Below are positions 54,536 to 64,000 of a stretch of DNA of 64,000 nt, in pieces. The position numbers and the translations under genes are program-made. The stretch's first letter is position 1. Every line of letters starts with the position of its first letter. Source of the DNA: Pecten maximus (taxonomy: Eukaryota); assembly GCF_902652985.1 (NCBI RefSeq), contig NC_047029.1, forward strand, positions 7,192,001 through 7,256,000, read 5' to 3'. Below the pieces are notes generated by a model. It saw nothing but the letters and a program-made list of their open reading frames with translations, did no database searches and had not been told where the DNA came from.

Positions 54536-57307
54536 GTAAGTAAATGTGGTGAATAAGATTTGAATGTGCACGGAACGTACTTTTTATGTCTCACCTGTAA
54601 TTTAGCCGAGTGAATTCACCGGTGTTATAAGGACCGACGCCATTGTAGAGATAGCGTGGGTAACCAAAAGTTTGAATTCGAAGAAATTTAATAATTCTAC
54701 TTGTGTGTTATGACTTATTCAGTTTGGGTTTTAGTTATCCTAAGTTTACAAGTTTCTGTCCCGTGTTATTTTCAGTGTGGTACAATGTGTATAATTTGAC
54801 TAGATATCGTATGCCGGTTTTCGCCCATTGCCAATTGGAGCGGTTACACACGTGTGATTTGTACAGGTAAATCCGGGTAGGCTTTGAAGTCGGGCCAAAC
54901 AAAAACCGTCATTGCAAATTATGCTAAGTAATCGAGTCTTACATCTATTCCGTACAACATGTCACGTCCCGAAATTATGTGTGTATGTATGTAAATTCTA
55001 CAATGAAACTACTGCCCATGGACACAACTATGCACGCATCCCAGCTAAATTTGGCGGGCACGCATATTTATTTTTCTTTTGTATTCTGCATAGACTGAAG
55101 CGGCTCTCTGAAACCATTAACAATGGTAGTCTATTTTCACTGGTCTGTAATTTAGCAAATTAAAAGTGCCCATCACGTTCTTTACTGGTGGACAGGGAAT
55201 ATCATTTTACAGAAGACCCCATAAACTACTAATTACATGGACACGGAAATGTGTCTTGCTTGGAATATTTAAAGTGTTACCATAATATTGGCAAACATAG
55301 TTTTAATTGGTATAGCTAGTTATTTTATTGATGATGAAACATGATTTATTCATAACCTAATTATGGACATTTACCTTATAAGGCAGTATGCATTAAGTAG
55401 GAATTATGTTGGAAGCTGATGATTCAGTGTACAGTATCTGACTATACTAATAGATATTGATCAGATGTTCTAGACAGCAGTGTTTATACACAGGACAGTA
55501 TGTGACCTCATTTCCCGAAAAAAATCCATCAAGGCTTGGCTTCTATCATGATTATATATATACTAGTCATTGATGGGGAATTTCAATATTATAGATTTTG
55601 AGTCCTTGTATTATGGGTCACCTGGTATTGTCTCCACACGTGACAGTGTTAATTTCAGTGATCAATGTTAAAAAGCTACTGCCTAAACAAGACGACTGCT
55701 TGCTTATAATTACTAACAATTCCATTGTGTCTCTTAAGATAAAAAAAAATCTGTCATATCCGACTTATGAAGACTTTTGGTCAAGATGACATCATTCTAA
55801 ACGTGTCAAGGTAAGATTGATCGTGATCAATTGGGTTGATATATGCATATATGGAGGACGTCTCATCCTGTGCGTGCTACTTTTGGGTTTATAAAAATAA
55901 AATGTATTTGAGAAAATTTTCTTCTGCTACCATAGTGATATTGATGGCCCAACAACATAATTATCCCTACAATATGTTATCCTTGATCATCAATCATGAT
56001 CAAGAACGAACATTAGTTGTCATACTTAGCTATATTTCTTCAGTTAATTTCATTCAAAGTGTTAATTAGCAACTGTTGGCATGAAACTCGACAACAAATC
56101 TGATTACATTAATATTGGATGATCCTTACATTATAATATTCTACTTTCCAGGAAAATATTATGATAACTGGGATATATAATGAGTAAGCAATTATATGCC
56201 CCTTGAACCGGACGTTTAGTCCATTACAATCATAAGACTACAACTAAAAGTAGAATGAAAGAGATGAAACAGCATTATACAATATTTGTAACTGCTATAA
56301 AACATATCAATAAAAGATATCAAATCAATTTAATATTAAATTGATATAGATGTTGATATATTTGTATTTTGTCATAAAAATCACCATAATCATTTGCAGC
56401 ATATTTCAACTTTCATTTTCAATATTTGTTAGAAATATTAGGTTAAACTGGAGTCAGAGAACTATTGTTATGTAACATCCAGTAATAACTGGAGTATTTG
56501 ATTTAAAGAATACATCATTTAACATATTTTGCTGAATTTCTGATCATAAATGTACCAGGTTTTTCATTCATTGATAAAATTTTGAATTGATATATATATA
56601 TATATAGCAGATTAGTATGTAGGGGTCAAAGGTCACATACACTGACAATATCATTTCTTCATCAATATTGAAGTAAATCATTAACACTTTAGAGCATCAA
56701 TAATATATATATGCTGACATTCAAATGTGGTAGGCAAGGGTTTTCACTATTTGACTAATTGGATTTAGCCCTTAACAATGTAAGAATCTATATGTTATAC
56801 TATTATACAGATACAGAAGTTTGTTAATCTAAATTGTCAAATTAACAATATCAACCTGGTAAAAAAATTGGTCATCAGACTCGGTGTGTAAATTTTGGTT
56901 GAGGTCAGGAACTCTGAATATATTAATAATTATGAATTGAATATAGGTTGAATTAACTCTGTATATATTAATAATTATGAATTGAATATAGGTTGAATTA
57001 ACTCTGTATATATTAATAATTGTGAATTGAATATTGAATTTGGATCAAATGATCTTACCCTATATCCTAGCTATACAGGACTTTTTCTCAATGGTGTGGG
57101 ACGTGACCTTTTTATCTCATTTTGGGAGGAAAATTGGTGAATTGGAAAAGAATTTTTCGTGAGAAAACTCTGAAAATTTGGGGAAATAATTTCAATTTGG
57201 AATGGGATCCATTGGTGGTCTCCAAAAACCCTGCTATAATGAGTCTGCTGTAGTTCAGTAAAAATGATAAAAATGCTGTCTAATTGTCCTGAGAATTTAT
57301 CTGTCTC

Positions 57308-57918
57308 CAGTGATTTTTTTTGGCCAGATCTACAGCCGACTTTAGGCTGTTTCCCCTTGCCAAAAAAAGTTGTATTTTCCCAATTTTGAAACATCATTTT
57401 TCCCAATTTCAAAAAAAAAAAAAAAAAAATAGTATTGAATTTCTATCTGGTTATCTGTATATTGTATTTCATTCCTAGAATATGTGAATATTATGGTACG
57501 ATAGTTGATCATCATACACGTGAACAGTAGACTGACAAATTTACTTCCGCGATAGGCAAGTTGGCTTCAATTAGTCGTATAAACGGTATGAGGGAGGTAA
57601 CTCGAATCCTGATCACTGTTGCGCTTTCCACAAATGACATGCAGGCAAGCGTTTCAGAGAGTCCGTAGACAAACACCAAGATGAAAACAAGAAAACTTCC
57701 TTTGTTTTGTAGTCTAAGTAACTAAGTAATAACCCAGGATGCTTGCTACTGACTCTTCATATCAAGAGGCAGACTAGAAAAGCCAATAAATGAAGTGTTT
57801 TGACTTATTTAAGTATTTTGTCATTATTTGCTATTTTCCCAAATTCACCAAACACCGCAATTATTTTCCCAATTGAAAAGGCATAGGCTGTTGAAAAAAT
57901 TATCTGAAAAAAACACAG
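57308..57918 (+). mobile_element. Non-autonomous hAT-like (hAT5-type) element with 5-bp TSD
   Basis: gtctc|CAGTGATTTTTTT ... AAAAAAACACAG|gtctc; both ends homologous (inverted) to the 62184-63276 element; TTCCCAATT subterminal motifs. Confidence 0.7.
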
Positions 57919-60900
57919 GTCTCTTCTACTTTTAATCAAAGTTTCTAGCTGTTTTGGCGTCTTTCATTGGCTTGTAAAGATTAGATATATACTATACATT
58001 TCCCAATCCATCATATTGTATTATCTCACATTTGTCTGTTCAGAATAGCTCAAGGTTTCTCAACTCAAATCAATTAAGCAGCTATCTATAACCATGCTGT
58101 GATATACACATTTCAGTGGGATCACACTATAAAATGGAAAAGGCAATTCATTGGTCATTTGTGGACAAAGTCATTGTACAGTATTTAAATCCATATTGAT
58201 ATATTGCATGTGAACACATGAAATCCACAAACACACAAATTTTAAAAGCTCCAGGGTATATCAGCTATACGGACTAGAATCTAAATATGACCTTTTTCAA
58301 CCAGTGAATATTTAAATGACTATGATTAAACAGTCATATATCTGAAGTGGAGAGGATATGAGAGATTATAAATTTGTAGATTGTGTATTGTAAATCTGTA
58401 CATCATCATATAATGTCATCTGATATGTGTATGCATGTGCATACCCAATGCTATTGTCAATTTCCTATATAAGTGGATTTACAAGTGGTTTGATTTATAT
58501 GACAATTCAGCTTCCTTTCGATCTGTCACTGCATGATACTGCATTAAACAGTACTGATGTTTTTTGTAATTATTACGGTAAATGTCCCAAAATTTTATAA
58601 TTCTGATCAAATGTTGGCAGCATCCTACATTTGTACTTGATTGCAATAAATTACTCCTTTGGGAAAATTGGTGTTATTTTTTCGCCGCTTCATATTTTAT
58701 TGTACAAAATTAATGCATTGCCAGCCAAATTTGCCTTTAAGTTGACATGTCCAGATATTGTTGCAATTAAGTTCAATGTGCAAGCTAAAAATGTAAGCAT
58801 GTGACTACTTGCCAAATTGACAAGTGCCAAATTTCTCAAAAGTTTTACCTTTTCCTTTTCATGTGTAGTGATTTTGATATCGTAAGTTTTAAAACATCAA
58901 TATTTTTAAATTGCAGTGTTTGGAGATCTAGGTTACATGCATTGTAATTATTTGATATATAAAAAAAATGAAAAGAAAAAATAGAGGGATGTAAACAATC
59001 CCCATAGGTAAATATTTAAGCTGCTGTTAAACCATGAAAAAATGAAGTACTGCAGTATTATTATATAACACAGTATTTAGTCCAATACAACAGTCTATGT
59101 CCCTATCATATACACCACAGACATATTAATAGGCCTCATGGGCCCAACAGACATGCGATATAAATTGAAGTCAAAAAGCTAAAAAAAAAAAACAACCTTG
59201 GTTCAACAAATGTTTCAAAGAAAAACAATGCCATCTTTAAGATACATTTTAAACAGTACATTGTCCAATTTCGCAGTGATAGTTCTATTTAGCTTACCAA
59301 CTGGAATCCCAAAAATCTTCATATCATTTTCATGTCCAATTCTTGCAATACTGAAATAGCTTGTATTGCCAAAATCTAACATATGCATGGGCATGGAAAA
59401 AATATTTCCTAAATACTGAATTAATCAAAATTATTCTGAACACAACCATGTATTAGCAGTCTGAATTTTCTTTCGACTGCCATCTTTTTTAATTTGTTAC
59501 TCCTGAGCATGTTGAGTTTGTTTCTACATGTATTTACAGAACTTTGAAATACTACAGGGAGTGGGGTGACCGTGAAATTAAAGCTATCCTCACCTCAAGC
59601 TTAGTCTAGTTGATCAGAGAATTTGTAGGATATCAAAATCAATTCTTTTGAGAATTCCATTTCATCTATATATGGAACACGTCCATTCTGTTGATAAAAA
59701 AAATATTGATACAGATAGTACATCTCTATGTATTTGTTAAAATACCTATATACTGGGCTTCTGTATACTGATATTACACTCCCACCTTGAAGTATATATA
59801 TGTGTACATCATAAATTGAGAACATTTACCACAGCTGGTGGCTTTGTGAGATCTAATGTTGTATACAGCTTATGAAGTCTGTACTGAATATCACCCCAAT
59901 TTTGTCTAGGATGTACGCCAACTCCAAATTGTGATACAATGAAAACACTTTACGTTAATAAAAAACATATGAAATGATAAAGAGGACTTTGATAAAACTT
60001 AACAAGAGAAGCTTCCAAGGTCAAAAGGTTAACCTAATTTGTTGGAACGAGTCATTCATCAGAGAAACTCGACTTGATGCTTCAGTAGCATTTAAAATTA
60101 CAAAATTTGTGAGAGAAAAGGCAATAATATGAGGTTCTGTAATGCTGACCATATTGGAACAGATTTTATAGAGAGAGAGTCAGACCTATTTATCATCAAA
60201 ATATCCCAAGTAAATACATGTTTCAGCCAGATGTTGTTCATGAACAGTCTAGCTACTCCTGTTTAACATTATATTAAAGTGCACTCTAGTATCAGTTGAC
60301 TTTTGTGAAACAGCCATGGTTGCAATTATGTAAAATCATAAAAAAAAATTAAATTATTTAATCACTTCCAAAAATTTTAAACAATTACATTCAGATAATA
60401 TTGCATACTTTAATATTAGATTAGTCTGAAGGACAAAAAAAGACAAATCTTTAAGGCATCCAGAAGTGCTTGCATGCGGCAGTAATTCACGGTTAATAAT
60501 TAACAATAAGAAATTAATTATCATGACAAATAGGGAATTGTTACCGGTAGGATGAAGATTAATGTCCGAGATCTTAAAACGGAACAAAAAATGAAACGCA
60601 TGTTTCCACTAATCATATTACGTGTTGGAGAAAAGTTCGGTAGGAATTCAAAGCTTTTTTAATGTTGGGAATTTTGAAGTAGTTTTCACTTTAAGCATTT
60701 TTATCCACGGATTCGGAAACTTAATTGACTTAAATTATAGCTATAGTCATAGACAGTTGTTGAAATTAGTGTCAAAAGGGACAGGCACAAATAAGGCCGG
60801 TACTCGTGGGGTTATTAATGAAAACACCGGGTTATTAATGAAAACACCGGTAATTTTAGGGCCTGATTATATACATGTTGACAACCTGTCTGCTTGACAT

Positions 60901-62183
60901 GTATATATTGATGACGGAAAAAATGACATTCATCACTTCCACTCATGGACAACCAAAAGTATTTCTCCCAAGGCCGACATGTTTTTGCTGTGTCATTGAT
61001 CATCATTAATTAATAAAATATTGCATGTACGATCATATAGTGCAAAATCCTGAGAATGTCACAAGGTCGGTGTACTTAACATGTGAGGCCACACAGAATG
61101 AATATGTTTGTGTGTCCCATCTCGGCTGGATCAGTTTATTACTCGACATAAATAAATGTGTCAACTAGAGCGCTAGCTGATGGTACATGATATATAGAGC
61201 ATATATATATATCTATATATAGATATACAGAGTATTCCTTGACCTTGTGTTACATTAAATAAAGTTTTTCATAATACTTGGATTCTTATATTCATTACAA
61301 ACCAATTTTATTAAAACGATTCTTATATTCATTACAAACCAATTTTATTAAAACGAAAAATGCACCAACCCTAGAAATTCTAGTAGACATTAAAAAAAAG
61401 AAATAAAGTACCAGTAATCATACAATCCCAGATATTTGACGGCTCTCATTTTCTGTCAAATTTAAGCATGTTTAAAAGAGATACTCCACACATTGTAGGA
61501 TTTCATTATAATGCTTTTTATGAAAATTGCACAAAAGCAAATTGATCTACTTGATGTTCTTGTAGAATTTTCATGTCTGACAGATACTCTGTACAGTGTC
61601 GCAGGTCTGCATTTTAATAGCGGAGCTGTGTGAAATATTTGTGTACATTTAAAATTTTAAATCAACAAAAAATAAGCGACATAACAATGCAATGACATCA
61701 TTATTATCCCAATCAGACATTACAACTTAACACTGTAGACATATCAATGATATGGTGATCATGACCTTTCGGATCCTGATTCCCCAATGTGCTATATTTA
61801 CCGTAGGCGGGCTAATTTCCCCCAGTGATTTCATTAGTCAAAACTGACCAAATGCAGGAAATAAAGTAATGAATAAGAAGAGAATCGGACAACTCCTGAA
61901 GCCAGGTTTCCAAATTTACAGTACATTATAAAAGATTTCCTAAAAGTTTAATTTCTTCTACAGCAGCTGGTTGCCGATATGCTGTCCACAGGAAGGATAT
62001 TTTAATGCTGAAAATATTTTTAAATGTCGTGGATCACAAGTCCTTATAATATACCGTATTTATTCTAATAAACGCCCCCCCCCCCCCTTTTTTGGGAAAG
62101 AAAAATTCCTCAATTTGAGAAAAAGAACTTACCGTGGTATGTAATTGCAATTTCATACACGGGTGTCAAAATGTTTGTCACTT

Positions 62184-63276
62184 CAGTGATTTTTTCATCC
62201 TTTTTTACAGGGGCCTGTACCTTTTCAATTGGGAAAATACAGCGGCATTTTTCCCCAATTGGGAAAATTTGGTGTTGCTTTTAAATGAAAAAAAAAGTCA
62301 ATAACACGTCCATATATTTATTTATCTGTTAAATTTTCAAAATTCATCTGGCCTAATGATTCTTAATAGCTATCTAAAGGGCCATTTTCCTTGTTTTTTG
62401 CCCCTTGAACATGTCCACCAAAGAGTCCAGGCCAGTTGTCATGTTTTTTCAATTTTCTTGAAGGATGTGTCCCAAGTTTTATACCCTTTTGTAACAAATG
62501 GCTTACAACTCAAATGTGCACCAAAAAATAAACAATTCTCAAACAATTCGCAGTACTTGCACATGTAGCCACATGTCACACTACTGTGATAAAGACAAGA
62601 GAAGGTAGATCCATATTTGGCAGCATTAAATGTTCATCTATCGACGCTGCTCCTCTTTTTTCCCGATAAAGTTAATACCAGATTTTCGTCGCGGGTTACA
62701 TGTACATTGACGTTTGCTACGGGTAAACATTCCGTCTGGACGGTTGATAAAACAGATTCAATGTTGGATGATGATCCATTGGTTGACGGGTTGTTTGGTA
62801 TATCGCCGCCGGAAGACTTTTTGAAGAAGTCACTCACTTTCGTAAGGCCTTTCCTATCTTTTTTGTCAGTCTTTTGACATAACACTTCGTGTTGTCCGAC
62901 TCTTGTTTACATGATCTTAAACTTTCAAGCGCTTGTCATAGCATATGTGAGACACGTGTGCGATTAAAACACTCGATCGACACAGACTTTCGCGGTGCGC
63001 TCGATTTGAAACATTGAGGAAAACGACATCGTTTCAGACACGGAAACAGAAAGCACGGGAATTTGCGTTATCGAACGCGACCAACATAGAACGAGAACAC
63101 CGGCGTTGAAAATTTCTTGTGAAATACATTTTGGTCGGCATTTCTTTATACCAATTAATATGAAGGGATATTTTCTGAATGGGAAAATATGAGCAAGAAA
63201 TTGGGAAAATACAACAAAATTTCTCTAGGGGAAGGGGCCGAAATTCGGCCCCAAATCGACCCTAAAAAAATCACTG
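62184..63276 (-). mobile_element. Internally deleted hAT-like (hAT5-type) DNA transposon with 5-bp TSD
   Basis: cactt|CAGTGATTTTTT ... AAAAAAATCACTG|cactt; contains a transposase N-terminal remnant. Confidence 0.82.
62440..62885 (-). pseudogene. Transposase N-terminal remnant with TTF-type zinc finger
   Basis: ORF ...KVSDFFKK...KKRSSVDR* continues in frame as TFNAAKYGSTFSCLYHSSVTCGYMCKYCELF...PFVTKG, then (frameshifted) LGTHPSRKLKKH. Confidence 0.7.
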
Positions 63277-64000
63277 CACTTAGTTTTACAATGTTTTGGA
63301 TACATATACACATATATATTTCATGGTGTGAAATGGGTACATACAACATATCTCACAACTTACCGACTCTGAAATTTTTATCTCCATTAAACGCCCCCCC
63401 CCCCCCCCCCCCTGGAAAAATTTCACGCCCCCGGGGAGTTTATTAGAATAAATACGGTAAGTAGGACAGAACAATCAAAATTTTTCCAATATATGTGCAG
63501 GATATATGATATATCCCTTTATTACAATATAAATGTAAATTAAATTTGAAATCAAAATTGTAATTATTCTTTTGATGTGGCATCATATTTATATATAATC
63601 CAAAATCTAGCACAATTAATCATAAATACTTATGGAAATTTGACCTGGTCATATATGAGCTAGTTCACATGACAAAATGAAATTTGATTATAATTGACAG
63701 ATGTACTGGTATTAAAACCCAATATATACTGATATCGGAAACCTGTAGTTATTAATTATATATATAATGTGTAGAAAATCAATACCGCAAATAATGACCA
63801 ACTAACTATGGTGACCTCAGCTGAAAAATGGGCCAGCTAGCTGTGGTGACCTTATAATTACTCGGTTGAATAATGACCAGTTATATATATAGCTAACTAG
63901 GGTGACCTCACGATCGGCTGATGACCTGCAGATAGCTATGGTGACCTCAGTTGAATATTGACCAGCTATATAAGGTGACCTAGACTGAATTTATAATGAC

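Larger units (their letters stand above)
62054..63457. mobile_element. pogo/Tigger-like MITE hosting a nested hAT-like insertion
   Basis: TA|CCGTATTTATTCTAATAAACGCCCC ... GGGGAGTTTATTAGAATAAATACGG|TA. Confidence 0.85.

Noticed and set aside
56152-56183. Candidate second exon for the plus-strand gene (tttccag|GAAA...TGA|gtaagc)
   Set aside because: In-frame stop after nine codons in the required phase

Overview
AT-rich eukaryotic (metazoan) genomic DNA. The SINE, HINE and Penelope repeat types suggest a bivalve mollusc, possibly a scallop (inference). There is no prokaryotic gene content, CRISPR array or rRNA. Roughly 18 kb is minisatellite (units of 23-59 bp), and all of the very long ORFs in the track are translations of these arrays, not genes. 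Real gene signal appears to be (i) a chain of very short minus-strand exons spread over ~8.4-50 kb, whose last five splice into one open frame ending ...RRKTMRRMSAFISFYDPLQQFVLALWFRVYRPFNL*, and (ii) the first, signal-peptide-coding exon of a plus-strand gene at 54481 behind a CRE/CCAAT promoter. Mobile DNA includes tRNA-derived SINEs, Helentron-type HINEs, decayed Penelope-like RT copies, Tc1/pogo MITEs, two hAT-like elements with 5-bp TSDs and two long fold-back palindromes. The most striking item is a 49-bp tandem array (16286-16578, minus strand) whose consensus is a minimal hammerhead ribozyme. It lies directly downstream of a tRNA-Glu-derived Pol III promoter, inside an intron of the micro-exon gene, and one repeat junction retains every catalytic core nucleotide.
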